Shown here piece by piece: positions 37,753 through 51,404 of a DNA stretch of 64,000 bases. Below the pieces are notes generated by a model. It was not told where the DNA came from. It saw nothing but the letters and a program-made list of their open reading frames with translations, and did no database searches. A program made the position numbers and the translations under genes. Position 1 is the stretch's first letter, and each line of letters begins with the position of its first letter. Source of the stretch: Callorhinchus milii (lineage: Eukaryota); NCBI RefSeq assembly GCF_018977255.1, contig NW_024704742.1, positions 138,076,001 to 138,140,000 on the forward strand, written 5' to 3'.

Positions 37753-38295
37753 CCACCATCATCATCATCCTCACCATCATCACCATCATCATCCTCACCA
37801 TCAACATTATTATCACCATCTTCACCATCCTCACCATCACCACCATCATCACCATCATCACCATCATCCTCACCATCAACATTATCATCACCATCCTCAC
37901 CATCATCACCATCATCACCATCATCACCATCATCATCCTCACCATCAACATTATCATCACCATCCTCACCATCCTCACCATCCTCACCATCCTCACCATC
38001 ATCACCATCATCACCATCATCCTCACCATCAACATTATCATCACCATCTTCACCATCCTCACCATCATTACCATCATCACCATCATCACCATCATCACCA
38101 TCATCCTCACCATCAACATTATCATCACCATCCTCACCATCCTCACCATCAGCACCATTATCACCATCCTCACCATCATTACCATCATCACCATCATCAC
38201 CATCATCACCATCATCCTCACCATCAACATTATCATCACCATCCTCACCATCCTCACCATCATCACCATTATCACCATCATCACCATCACCCCAC
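37753..38295. repeat. (CAT/CAC)n trinucleotide-based repeat with higher-order structure
   Basis: Marker CATCAACATTAT recurs 6 times. Confidence 0.92.
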
Positions 38296-38696
38296 CATTA
38301 CCCACCCTCACCAGACTCACTTGCTCCCTGTCTTTCCTTCCTCCAATGGATCAATATCAAGATCCTGATCCTGACTCCCACCCCCACCCCATCACTCCCA
38401 GCTCCGACTGACTTTCCCACCCAGTCCCTCTTCCAGACTTCATCCCGGGTCTGTCAATATGTGGCTCAGTCTCTCACACTCATCTTCTGGGGTCAAGAGG
38501 ATGTGGTTTGGGGGGATGTAACTGCCTCACATTGGATACAGTGCCTGTCACAGGATTTACTGTAAAGTTTAGTGACTGTATATTTTGGGCCCTCTGGTCT
38601 CTTTGATGATACAACCCCCCACGCGTCCCGCCCCCACCCCCCCCAGCGCTGCATTGGAGCATCAGCTTAGACTGTTTGATTCCAAGTCCCGATATG

Positions 38697-39019
38697 GGAG
38701 TCCTGTAGCTCAGTGGTTAGAGCACTCGCTTTGCAAGTGAGAGACCTGAGTTCAATTCCAGGCAGAGGGCCAAACCTCGGGCAAGTTTCCTTACTCCACA
38801 CAGAGCCTAATAATAATTCCTCCAAAACCAAAAACAATAATAAATTGGTCATTTTCAATCTACGACTGTTTGTGGGACATTGCTGTGCGCAATTGGCTGC
38901 CGCGTTCGCCCACAAATATACAGTCAATTCACTTTACAGTATATTCTGTGAAGCGCTTTGGGACGTCCTCCCGACGTGAAAAGCGCTATATCAAAATGCA
39001 AGGATTATTATTATTATTA
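38697..39019 (+). mobile_element. SINE-A young subfamily, nested in a Deu-type SINE
   Basis: Near-identical to 58143-58468; flanked by TATG(GG) repeats. Confidence 0.85.
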
Positions 39020-39857
39020 TGGGGGCTTGAACCCACAACCTCCTTACTCAGAGGCAAGAGCGCTCCTGACTGCGCCAGACAGTCACCACATGTGAATGCA
39101 ATCACCTTGTGAAGCTCTCCGAGGCCGGTAAGTGTTACATAAGAAGCAGCAGCTCGTGAGTGGAGCAGATTTCTTACTCAGAGAGGAATCAATTTCCTCC
39201 GCTCCCATTTCAGTACATTATTTGGCCATTTCCTCTCTGTCAGCAGAGTTGCCGGAGTGATTTAGAGAAAAGTCTGATTTCAGGCTCGCAAAGTGCGGAG
39301 ATAATGGGAATGTACAGCATCAATTTCGCCTTTTCAGTCACTTAAAATTCCTTCAGTTCCAGCAGAAAAACGATCCTTTGGCAGACGCTAATTCCCTGTC
39401 ATTTAATGCTGTTTTCCATCTCACAAAGAGGATATGTGTTTTCTTACACAGCCGGTGATTAAAGGCATTCTCTGGGGCAGGAGGTTGGGGGTACGAGGCT
39501 GACAATCCCCCAGATAGAAACTGTCTCTCGCTCCACAACTGTTTGCGGGACTTTGTCATGTGCAAATTGGCTGCCTCTTGTTCGCCTGCCGAATGCACAG
39601 TCACTACACTTTACAGTGAATCTTGTTGTGCACTTGTGTAGAGGTGGATTGAGGGGCGAGGATTTTAACGATAATAATAATACTTGCATTTGATATAGCG
39701 CCTTATCATAGAATCGATTGCACAATTGGCTGCTGTGTTTCGCCCACAAATATACAGTCAATTCACTTTACAGTATAGTCTGTGAAGCGTTTTGAGACGT
39801 CTCGAAGACGTGATAAGGCGCTACATCAGAAGCAAGGATTATTATCATTATTATTAT

Positions 39858-40480
39858 CATAGAATCATAGAATTATACAGCGCAGAAGGACGCCATTCAG
39901 CCCATTGTGTCTGTGTCAGCATAATGTTGAAAACTTCTATTAAGTCTCGTCTTAACCCTCTCTGCTCCCAGGAGACTAATCCTCGCTGCTCTGCCTCTCC
40001 TGATCACTGAAGGCCCTCATTCCTGGTACCATTCTGGTCAATCTGGGACCCAGAACTGAACCCAGTCTCTCGCTGAGGCCTAACCAGTGTTTTATATAAA
40101 TGTTCATCATAACTTCCTGACTTGTGTATTCTATGCCCTATTTATAAAGCCTCGTGTCTCGAATGCTCTTTAACAGCTGTATCTACCTGTCCGGCCACCT
40201 TCAAAGAGTTACTTATATGAACCCCCGGGTCTCTCTGTCCCTTCACCCCCTTTAAGATTTTACCATCAGTTTATATTGCCTGTCCTCATTTTTGCATCAC
40301 TTTGCTTTCCTCCACATTAAACTTCATCTGCCCCGTGTCGGCCCATGTTACCAGTCCGTCTATGTCCTCTTGCAGTCTGTTACTATCCTCCTCACTGTTC
40401 ACTACTTTTCCAGCTTAGTATCATCTATAAACTTGGAAATTGTACTCCCTACACCCAAGTCCAGGTCATTTATAGAGATC
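39858..40480 (-). mobile_element. CR1 3' fragment
   Basis: Paralogous to 51720-52620; (ATTCTATG)n-type tail. Confidence 0.8.
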
Positions 40481-41624
40481 AACATATATAGTCATTATTA
40501 TCATGTCTTCGAGACGTCTCAAAGTGCTTCACAGAATATACGGTAAAATGTAGTGACTGTGTGTTTTGTGGGTGATACGTGGCAGCCAATGCACACAGCA
40601 ATTTTTGATCACGACTGAGGACCTTCCTCTTAGACCTTTTCGTACCTACAGTTCCCTCCTCCCCAGCTCGGTGTCGTGCTCTGCCACTGTTAAGCACTCC
40701 AATGATGGTCGTTACATAAATGTATTGAGTGAGTAACGCCCAACTCAAGAATTAACAGCTTGTTTGTGGGGTGAGCAACAGAGGTGGCAGAGGCCAGGGC
40801 AATGGGGACTCGTTTAAGAAACAACTTGATATTGTGCTGGGAGGATGGTCGGGGGTGGTGGGAGGTGGGGAGGAGAGGGGAACTAGTGAGGAAGAGATCG
40901 AACAGGACAAAGGTTTAACCAAACCTTGTGTTAACTCTCCCTTTCGCAGTGTCTCTCACTGTGAGCGTCTGTCTCAGTGTTTCGCAGCGCACTCCAATAC
41001 ACTCAGACGGCAATGTATGAAGTACGGGATGTGACTAATTCCCTCGAGAAGAATTTCATTTGAAACATAATCTTTCGTGGGAATAACCTGATTTTCGCTT
41101 ACAGAACTCTCTCCTCACTGAGCAATGCTTCGCTCACAAAACACACTGTCAATCCATTTTACATTATATCCTGTGAAGCTCTTAGAGCTGTCTCAACAAC
41201 GTGATAAAGCTCTATGTCAAATGCAAGGATTATTATTAATAATAATACTGTGAGATGGTCGGAGACATCCCACAATGTGATGAGACGCTGTATGAAATGC
41301 AGGATTATTATTATTTTATCCTGATTATTATTATGATGATGTCATTATTATTCTGTTCCAGCTCCTGTTAGCTACAAGAACTAATTATCACTGTTTTTCA
41401 ATAAAATATTATTTACTAAAGTTCAGGCTATTTTGGACCGATTACAAATTCTTATAAATTCTTCTCATTTTCACCTGCTGCCGTTTCACAACCACTTCTG
41501 CGTGCGTAGCGTGGGCTTTGTGTGTGCGCGTGTGTGTAAGTGAGTGTGTATGAGTGAGTGAGTGTGTGTGAGTGAGTGTGTGTGTGTGTGAGTGAATGAG
41601 TGTGTGAGTAGGTGTGAATTCATA

Positions 41625-42520
41625 TTTGGTCAGGGTTAGACACAGAGTAAAGCTCCCTCTACACTGTGCGTCCGTCCACACTCCCAGGTCAGGGTTAGAT
41701 ACACAGTGCTGTGTGTGTGCTGTGTGGGGGGTGGGGGGGGTCTGTGTGTGTGTGCTGTGGGGGGGGGGCTGTGTGTGTGTGTGCTGTGTGGGTGGGGGCT
41801 GTGTGTGTGTGTGTGCTGTGGGGGGGGCTGTGTGTGTGTGCTGTGGGGGTGGGGGCTGTGTGTGTGTGTGTGCTGTGGGGGTGGGGGTTGTGTGTGTGCT
41901 GTGGGGGGTGGGGGCTGTGTGTGTGTGTGTGTGTGCTGTGGGGGTGGGGGCTGTGTGTGTGCTGTGGGTGGGGGCTGTGTGTGTGCTGTGGGTGGGGGCT
42001 GTGTGTGTGTGTGTGTGTGCTGTGGGGTGGGGGCTGTGTGTGCTGTGGGGTGGGGGCTGTGTGTGTGGTACAGAGACAGGGTCAGCAGTCAGTGCTGTTC
42101 AGCTGTAATTACCGCTGTGGTTCAGACCGGATGTTCGCCGCTCACTCACTAATTGATGTTTAATTAGCTGCAAAAGCAGCGATTTAGTTTCTAACTTTTC
42201 ATCACAACAAATTGTGCGAACGCTGTGTCAGAATTAACACAGGAGAAAGCTCCTCTACACTGTGCGCCCACACTCCCCGGTCAGGGTTACAGACACAGTA
42301 ACGCACAGTCACTACACTGTGTGTCCACACTCCCAGGTCAGGGTTAGAGACACAGTAACACTCCCTCTACACTGTGTGTCCACACTCCCAGGTCAGGGTT
42401 AGAGACACAGTAAAGCTCTACACTGTGTGTCCACACTCCCAGGTCAGGGTTACAGACACAGTAACGCACAGTCACTACACTGTGTGTCCACACTCCCAGG
42501 TCCGGGTTAGAGACACTGTA
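41625..42520. repeat. Composite repeat: ~50-56-bp CACACTCCCAGGTCAGGGTTAGA minisatellite, GT/G satellite and ~190-bp core; inverted copy of 27085-27900
   Basis: 42065-42330 is the reverse complement of about 27170-27433. Confidence 0.88.
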
Positions 42521-44787
42521 AAGTGAACAAGCTCACCTGCGGTTGTTACCTGCAAGTATTCAATAACAGCTTTAAAATGGGAATTGGATAGATACTTAAA
42601 CAGGAAAAAAAAATGTGCAGGGCTCTGGGGTAAGAGCGGGGCAGTTGGGGTAAGAGCGGGGGAGTGAGACTGGTTGGCAGCCCTTTCAAAGAGCTGGCAC
42701 AGGCACGATGGGCCGAATGGCCTCCTTCTGAGCTGTGGGATCGTATGATTCTGTGAAAACTGAAAGGCGTGTGCTCTGTGTGTGGGAGCCGTGCTGAAGC
42801 TGTGCTGTGCTGTGGACGGGCTGGGAGGCTGAGGGCAGTCAGGCCATTAGCTGTGGCTGGGAACCCGCGGTGAGGAGAGAGAGGCTGCAGAATCCACTCA
42901 TGGCCAACGAGCTTTTAAAAGTGTTTAAAAGCCTAAAGTGCAACGATTGCCTCCCCCACCAGCTCCCGAGCCATCCCTCACACCCGCCTTACAGCCCTGT
43001 GTCTGACGCGCACACAAACCCGTCACCGTGATCAGCCGGGTGTCTGACACACACGGTGGGTGCGTGTGGGGAGGGGAGGGGTTCGACTGGGGGGGGCGGG
43101 GTGGGGAGTGTGGACTGTGGCTGTGCCAGAACATTCGGGAATAGTGCGGCGTTGAAGACGGTATCTCTTTTTGGATGAAGCACTTGATGTGCGGAGAGGG
43201 AGAGAGGCCGGAGGTTACAGAGATTCAGTGTTGATCTCCCCCACCCACCCTCCCTGCCCCCCCACCCCCTCCTGATCGCAAACCCCCAGCTCGGGTCCAA
43301 ATCCCTGACTGTCCAGCACCTTGGGACATCCCCCTGACATGAAAGGCTCCGTGCAAATGTCATTTTGTATTGACTTGTGAGCAATCTCATAGGTGCCAGG
43401 CTCCGTCCAGCCTTCAGATGAGACATTAAACCTCACTCCCCCTCTATGCCCTGTTCAGGTGAACGTTAAAGATCCCACGACGCTGTCGGGGAAAGAGAAG
43501 GGAGTTTCTCTCTCTTTCTCTCTCTCCGTTTCTCTCGCTCTCTCTCTCTCTCCCAGTGTCTTGGCTGACAATCCTCCAGATAAAATCGCTCACTTACTTC
43601 ACGGCTGTTTGCGGGGACAGACAGCTGAGCGCATCCTGGCTGCCGTGTTGGCTTACAAAACACACAGTCACTACACTATACATGAAATCCTCTGACGCAC
43701 TTTGAGACGGCTTCCGACGTGAAAGACACTTTGTCAGATGTAAGGATTAAAGAATTATTTTTACTTAATTCACAAAAGCAGCCTGATTCAGAGGGTCAGT
43801 GTGGCTGGAGACTCGGGGAGAGAGAGAGAGGGGAAGATGGGGGAGAGAGGAGGGGGATGGAGAGAGTGGGAGAGAGGGAGAGAGAGAGAGAGAGGGGTGG
43901 GGAGAGAGAGAGCGGGAGAAGGGGAAGAAGGAGAGCGAAAGGAAGATGGGAAGAGAGAGGGGGAGAGAGAGGGAAAGGGAGAAAGATGGACAGGGCGAGA
44001 GAGAGAGAGAGAGATGGAGAGAGGGGAGGAGGGGGAGCGAGAGGGGGAGAGAGACAGAGAGGGCGAGAGCGAAGGTGGGGGTGAGATGGAGAGGGGGAGA
44101 AAGAGAGGGAGAGAGAGAGAGAGAGAGAGAGATGGAGAAGGAGTGGGGGAAGGGACAGACGTCAGTCCGCTGTGCAGAGGAAGCATCAAGGCCAATGTGT
44201 GGAGCTGAGAGATGTCGGCTCTGTGTGTGGTGAACAACAGCCTATTGTATAATTCATGGTGACTTTGATCACAAGTGGACAATGAGCACAGGAAGCTGTG
44301 CTCGGCCTGGGGTGGGTGGGGCGGAGAGGGGGGAGTTGAGGGGAACGTTATATCACCTCGAAGACGTCTCAGGTAATTGCACACAGTTTGCCCAACAACA
44401 TCATCAACAACATGACATTTACACGGAGCCTTTCACGTCGGGAGGACGTCCCAAGGCGCTGGACAGTCAGGGATTTGGACCCGAGCTGGGGGTTGGGTTG
44501 AAGGAGGGGTGGAGGGCGGAGAGGGTGGGGGGCGGGTAGGAGGGTGACCGAAGGCTCGGTCGAAGAGATGGGTCTCGAGATGGTCCTTGAAGGAGGCGAG
44601 GGAGGGAGGGAGGGAGCGAGGCAAAGTGACTGTGGGGGTGGGGGCAGAGAGGCTGAAGGCCAGACAGCCGATGGTGGTGGTGGTGGTGGTGTTGTTGTAA
44701 GACCATCAGGGAGAGAAGCTGTGAGTCTCGCGCTCAAACACACCAGCTGTAGCAATCCTCGCTGTTTAATAGAGATGGAGAGGGTTT

Positions 44788-45530
44788 GGCTGTGTGCGTG
44801 TGCGTGTGTGTGTGTGGGCGGCTGTGTGCGTGTGTGTGTGCGTGGGCGGCTGTGTGTGTGTGTGTGTGGGCGGCTGTGTGCGTGTGTGGTCGGACCACTG
44901 TGTGCGCGTGTGTGTGGCTGTGTGCATGTATGTGTGTGTGTGGGTGGCTGTGTGCGTGCATGTGTGTGTGTGTGGGCGGCTGTGTGCATGTATGTGTGTG
45001 TGTGTGGGTGGCTGTGTGCGTATGTGTGTGTGTGTGGGCGGCTGTATGCGTGTGTGTGTGTGTGGGCGGCTGTGTGCGTATGTGTGTGTGTGTGGGCGGC
45101 TGTATGCGTGTGTGTGTGTGTGGGCGGCTGTGTGCGTATGTGTGTGTGTGTGTGGGCGGCTGTGTGCGTATGTGTGTGTGTGTGGGCGGCTGTGTGCGTG
45201 TGGCTATGTGCATGTGTGTGTGTGTGTGTGGTCGACTGTGTGCGTGTGTGTGTGTGTGTGGGCGGCTGTGCGTGTGTGTGGGCGGCTGTGCGTGTGCGTG
45301 CGCGCGTGTGTGTGGACGGCTGTGTGCGCGCGCGCGTGTGTGTGTGGGCGACTGTGCGCGCGTGTGTATGTGTGGGGGCAGATGTGTGCGCGCGCGTGTG
45401 TGTGCGCGGCTGTGTGCGCGCGTGTGTGTGTGGGCGGCTGTGTGCGTGTGCATGTGTGTGTGTGGGCGGCTGTGTGCGTGTGCACGTGTGTGTGTGTGGG
45501 CGGCTGTGCGTGTGCGTGTGTGTCTGTGTG
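44788..45530. repeat. GGGCGGCT(GT)n minisatellite
   Basis: Direct reading. Confidence 0.9.
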
Positions 45531-45719
45531 AGCAGCATTGTTCCCTCACAGCTCTCTTGCAAACCGTCTCCTTTTGTGGCTCTTCATTGACAATCAAACG
45601 GCCTTGGAGTGTTCTACGTTGGGGACTCTGAGCTCACAGTCCAGGTTCGCGCTCCTGCACAGCGCCGGGGGGGGGGGGGTAGGGGGTGTGGGGGGGGGAG
45701 AGAGAGCTACGCATTGTGC

Positions 45720-46085
45720 GGTCCCGTAGTTCAGTGGTTAGAGCGCTTGACTCATAGCGAGAGGACCCGGGTTCAATTCCCGGACAGGGCAAAACATTGG
45801 GCAAGTTTCCTTACCCCCACACGCCTCGTTCACCAGCAGTCAGTGGGAACCCGGTTGTTAGTTGATCGATGGATCACTTTTCCGGGGGTAATAATCACCT
45901 TACAATAAGTGATAATAATAATTTGGTCCCTCAATCCACCGTTGTTCGTGGGGACGTCGCTGGGCGCAATTGGCTGCCAGGTTTTCGCCCACAAAACACA
46001 CACTTTACAGTATATTCTGTGAAGCGCTTTGAGACGTCTCGAAGACGTGATAAGGCGCGGTATCAAATGCGAGGATTATTATTAC
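45720..46085 (+). mobile_element. SINE-A
   Basis: Head, body and tail. Confidence 0.82.
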
Positions 46086-46825
46086 TGTCGGAGGCGCCGT
46101 CGTTCAGATGAGACGTTAAACCTCACTCCCCGTCTGCGCCCTTTTCAGGTGGACGTTAAAGATCCCGCGGCGCTGTCGGGAAAAGAGAAGGGAGTCTCTC
46201 TCTCTCTCTCTCTCTTTCTCTCTTTCTCTCGCTCTCCGCTGGTGTCCTGAACGACAACAGCGCAGTGTAAATGGAGCTTGTTAAATTTAACACCCTCAAA
46301 CTTCCTGATTCGATGTGACAAATCTGGGCCAACAGTTGCGAGGCTGCGTTTCTGCCTGAGTGAAACGCCGCGAGCTCCGCGCGACAACGCTGGCAGGTCA
46401 CAGCTCGACCAGCAGCACAGCAGGGGGAGCTTGATCGTCATAATTCACAGTCACTACACATTGCAGCAAACATGGCGCCTGTGCTGGGTGCTCGCTTCCC
46501 CCGCTGGAGCTCTCTACTCCAACCCCGTTGGATCGCTCACCGAGCGAGGGAGCACAGACCCGATGGGGGGGGGAGAGCTCGGGGAGTGGGATTAGCGTAG
46601 AAAAAATGCTCCCACTTCCCTATTGCTGATGTTTGAACTTGAGAACTGCTGTAAAAATACATGTTCTTTGTTCTCCTGGCTGTCCTGTTGAATTATTTAG
46701 TCCGTCTGCGTTGACTTTCATCTCTCTCATCTCTCTGTGACTGCCTGACTGACGCCAATCCTTACTCTTTACTGAAACCATAGGCTTTCAGGGCCGTTGA
46801 AGACACAGGCGCACGTTATCTGACA

Positions 46826-47170
46826 ATCATAATGATCCTTGCATTTGACACAGCGCCTGGTCACGTCGTCGAGACGTCTCAAAGCGCCTCGCAGAACACA
46901 CGGTCAAGTGAACTGACTCGATTTCGTGGGTGAAAGGCGGCAGCCAATTGCGCACGGCTGCGTCGCCGCAAACAGTCGTGGATTGAGCGATCAAATTTTT
47001 GTGGTGGGGATCATTACCCGCAGAAAGTGATCCTCCATTCTACTGACAACCGGGTTCCGACTGACGGCTGATAAACAGAGGCGTGCGGAGTGAGGAAACT
47101 TGTCTAATGTCTCGCCCTGATCCGTTTTGAACTCAGGTCCTCTCGCTTGCGAGGCGAGCGTGCTGAACAC
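46826..47170 (-). mobile_element. SINE-A
   Basis: Head, body and tail. Confidence 0.8.
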
Positions 47171-48489
47171 TGTTCTATGCCCCCACACTCGCCCCAATAC
47201 CCCGATAAACCAGGACCACAAGATCTTTTCATCCTAGAATTGACAAGAAATCTCTCCTCCAGCTCATTGCCTTCGACACTGCCTGATAATTGGTTTCACT
47301 TGCCATCAGGCCTCAGTCAAGTGCTTTTCATGTTGAACACTGTCAAAGGCTATGTTAATAGAGTAACTCCAGATCTCACTGAAATTATAATACTGTAATA
47401 ATAATTCCCACCTTTGATGCAGTGCCTTTTCATGTCAGCGAGGCGTCTCGAAAGCTTTTCACAGGGTTTTACTATAAAGTGTAGTGACTGTGGGTGTGTC
47501 AGCGAACGCAGCAGCCAATTCACGCACAGCGACGTCCCCACAAACAGCCGTGAAGCGCATGAGTGATTGCACCTGAGGTATTGTCGGCCAAGACACCGGG
47601 AGAGAGAGAGGAGGGAGAGAGAGAGGGAGCGCTACCACTGAGCCAGGTAGCATTTGATACAGCGCCTTATCACATCTTCGAGACGCCTCAAAGCGCTTCA
47701 CAGGATACACTGTAAAGTGTAGTGACTGTGTATTATGAAACGCAGTGAATATTTGGCGTTGTTGGCTGTTGTGAACTGTGACGCTGTGAACACCTGCTAA
47801 TCTCACTCACTTCACCGCTGTTTGTGGGACATCGCTGCGCTCAAGTTCGCTGCTGCGCTCATCCACAAAACACACAGTCACTGCACTTTCCGATTCCCGG
47901 GCAGTGCAAAACCTTAGGCGAGTCTCCTTACTCCACACGCCTCTGTTATCCCAGCAGTAAGTGGGAATTCGGTTGTTTGTCGATTGGCGGATCAATTTCT
48001 TGATAATCCCTTTAAAAAAATGTGTTCATCAATCCACGACTGTTTGTGGGACACTACTGTGAGCAATCGGCTGCTGCATTTTGCCGACAGAACGCACAGT
48101 CAATCCATGTTGCAGTATATACCGGGCAGGTTCACACCGGAGAAGAGAAGGTTGAGGGCGATATGATTACGGTCTTTAAGCTTCTGAAGGAATAGACAGT
48201 TCAGACCATGACGAGCTGTTTTATGTTGTACTGAACAGTGGAACGAGTGGACACGGCCTACGACTGAAAGGGGGTAAATTCTGAACAATTCTGTGGAAAG
48301 ACCACTTCAGTGAGAGAGCGGTAAACTAATGGAACCGGTTCCCCAGGGAGACAGGCGGCGGAAGCAGAAAATGTCATTTGTTTGAAGAACAAATGAGATA
48401 GATTTCTGCAAGAAAATAATATCTGGGGATACAGTATATGGTTTGGGACACGACATGTCAGGATGGAGGAAAGCGAACCAGAACTTGTC

Positions 48490-49620
48490 TGTTTCGATTC
48501 CGATCTCTCCCACCGTCTCAACTTTGTTGTCTCTAACGGTTTCTCCTCCAGCCCCCGCACTGTCACGTCTGGCGTCCCCCAGGGCTCTGTCCTTGTCTCC
48601 TCTTTAATATCTACATTCTCCCCCTCGGTGACATCATCCGCAGACATGGGGTCAACTTCCACATGTATGTGGATGACACCCAACTCTACCTTTCTGCCCC
48701 CACCCTCAACTCCAGGACCACTGCTGTCCTGACAGACTGTCTGTCGGACATCAAGTCCTGGATGAGGGCAAACTTCCTACAGTTGAATGTGAACAAGACT
48801 GAGGCCCTGTTTGGCCCTCAGCACCTCAGGCTCCGGCACCATCACCCTCCATGGTTGCACACTTCAACTCACCGCCAGTCAGGAACCTCAGTGTCTTGTT
48901 CGAGCCTCAACTGTCTTTTCTCCCCCACATTCAAGCCATGACCCGCTCTGCCTTCCCTCACCTCCGTAACATCGCCCGACTCCACCACTCCCTCACCCCT
49001 CAGGCACTGAAACTCTTGTTCATGCCTTCATCACCTCCAGGCTCGACTATGCAAACGCTCTGATTGTTGGCCTTCCCAACTCTTCCCTCCACAGACTGCA
49101 GATAATCCAGAACTCTGCAGCCCGTGTCCTCTCCCGAACCAAACCCCATGACCCCATCTTCCCCACTCTCGCCCGACTCCATTGGCTCCTTATCCTTCAG
49201 AGGATCCAGTTCAAGATCCTGGTCCTCACGTACAAAGCCCTCAATGGCCTCGCCCCACCCTACCTCTGCGACCTCCTAACCCCATACCAACCCGCCCGCT
49301 CCCTCCACTCATCCGGCTCTGGCTGCTCCATGTCCTCCTCCCCACTCGCCCCACCATTGGCGGGAGAGCCTTCAGCCACTCTGCCCCCAACCTCTGAAAT
49401 TCCACCCCCAGTCACTCCACCTCGCCCCCTCCTTAGCCTCCTTCAAGTCCCTCCTCAAAACTCTCCTCTTCGACCATATCATCGGCCACCCCCTTCCCCT
49501 CCCCTCCCTTCTCCCCCCTGACCCCAGCTCAGGTCTGAAATGTTGTACACTGCCCAGAGCCTTGGGACGTCCTCTCGACATGAAAGGCGCTATACAAATG
49601 TAATCTTGTTGTTGTTGTTG
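48490..49620 (+). mobile_element. 5'-truncated L2 with intact 3' tail
   Basis: [23 protein letters not shown], tail and (TTG)n. Confidence 0.9.
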
Positions 49621-50024
49621 CAGATGAACCTTGGTCTTATTTCGCCAACAATTACTTATGTTCTTTGTATCCTGTGAAGCACTTTGAAACATCTCAAAGA
49701 CATGCTGAGGAGCTGTATCAAATGTAAGGATTATTATTATTACCCCCCCCAGCCCAGCCCCAGTGCCAAGCCAAGACACATAACACTCCTTGGGACGTCC
49801 TCCCGACATGAAAGGCTCTGTGTAAACATAAGGAGGAGTTAAATTGTGGAATGTCTGAAGGGAATTCTGACCCCGTTTAGTGGGATTAGTGGTGAGTCGA
49901 AGAAGTATTGACGACAGAATGATGGTGGATCTATAATCCGGAGACAGTGTGAATCCACAGGGAGCTTATCTGCGTCATTCACACACTCACTGGCTCTCAG
50001 CCCAGCATTAGCCTCATAACATGT

Positions 50025-51250
50025 TTTTTTGGGCCAGCCGGGTGTCTGGCACATGTGGAAACCCATCACCATGTTTAAGCGTAGGCTGAGATTTCAATGA
50101 ATCCCACCTACACTTATGAAATCCCAGCGATAGATTTGAGACGGTTCTTACACCCCTGTGGGTACACCCACGATATGGCTCACTTCCCCGCACAGAGTGT
50201 ACTGTTTGGCCTCTGATGAATGCAAGTCCCTATCACAAGGCTTAATTTGATTGAGTTCTTCCACATCAACAGGTGCCACCAACTACTGCTAATAAATTAA
50301 AGCAAATTGGGAAGTTTAAGTCAATCAGAGGTTTATTTTTGAACCCCTCTGTGACCTCGGCTGAACCTGTTTGTGCATTCCCTCCTTTGATTTATACAGA
50401 GAGCTCGAGAAAGCACGGTCAAGTAAACACAACGGAATTTTATTGTAGATTCAATGAAATCCACAACCCTCAGCGTTGAATCTCAAACAACACAATAAAT
50501 ATCAACAAACACAACTGTGAGATGACAAACATTACCTTTGCGTGTACCTTTGTTGTCATTGGGTAGAAAAATAGCGACCCTGAGCACATGGCGTCCGTTC
50601 TTTTATGGGCATTGAGCCCCTCCCCAAATTAGGGCAATTCCCCCAATGGTAATTGTAATAACACCAATTACTTCCAATCCCTCATATTGGAATGGTAAGT
50701 TACCGCCAAATTATTGCAATCAACGATAAATTCAGTCTTGATGGCACATTAAGCATCAAAAACAATGTTAAATACATAAAAAATGTATTTAAATGTATTT
50801 CCCCGAGATTCCCCGAGCACAATCAGTCATTTTTTTATCAAACACACGAACTTTACAGAACATAATTTAAACAACGGAAAGGCATAGAAAACAAAGGGGT
50901 GACCATGACAGATTGTTGGAATGGAATGCACACTCTCTCCCTCGAGAGAGGCCTCCTGTTTACCTAATTCCGGAGAGTATTAAGCACAGGTTGGTGAGAG
51001 CCAAGGCCTGGGGGGACCCCAGACTGTGTGTTGGGGTAACTGTTGGAGTCTAACCCGCTAAACCACATAGCCTGCCATTGAGATCACTGTCTGACCAGCT
51101 TTCCCGCTGCTTGTCCAGCGAGGACCACCCTCCCCATTAGTTAGGGCTTTGGCTGTAGGGTTAACAGGAGCTGAGGGGGAGGATTCCCGGCCCCCTGGTT
51201 GCCCTTCCAGCTCCTGCCGCTGAGCCGGGCCGGGCTGTGCTGCCATCAGC
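50025..51250 (-). mobile_element. Family X 3' UTR copy, interrupted by the solo LTR
   Basis: Shares CCTTGGCTCTCACCAACCTG..TAATACTCTCCGGAATTAGGTAA and the terminal CAGACACCCGGCTGGCC(A)n with other copies. Confidence 0.7.
50137..50910 (-). mobile_element. Solo LTR, 774 bp
   Basis: TG...CA termini; GATT duplicated at 50133-50136 and 50911-50914. It splits a host repeat whose empty site reads GATAGATTGTTGGAATG in the copy near 31040. TATA-like and AATAAA motifs lie in U3-R-U5 order on -. Confidence 0.82.
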
Positions 51251-51404
51251 AATGTCCTTGGGCAAAACAGACTCAAACTAACTCTCAAATTACATCCTGG
51301 GAGAACATTTGGCCCATCTCTCTGCTCAGTCCCCTGTACTCTGCCTCTCCTTTCGCACCCTTTAATATTTTTCTTTTCAAATATTTCTTCATTTTTCTTC
51401 TGCG

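Noticed and set aside
38697..38770. tRNA-Ala gene (also at 4594, 37015 and others)
   Set aside because: The acceptor stem does not pair, and the sequence continues into a SINE body
43308..43330. REST/RE1-like site TCCAGCACCTTGGGACA upstream of neuronal PHF24
   Set aside because: Half-site spacing is off, and it is a generic L2 tail variant
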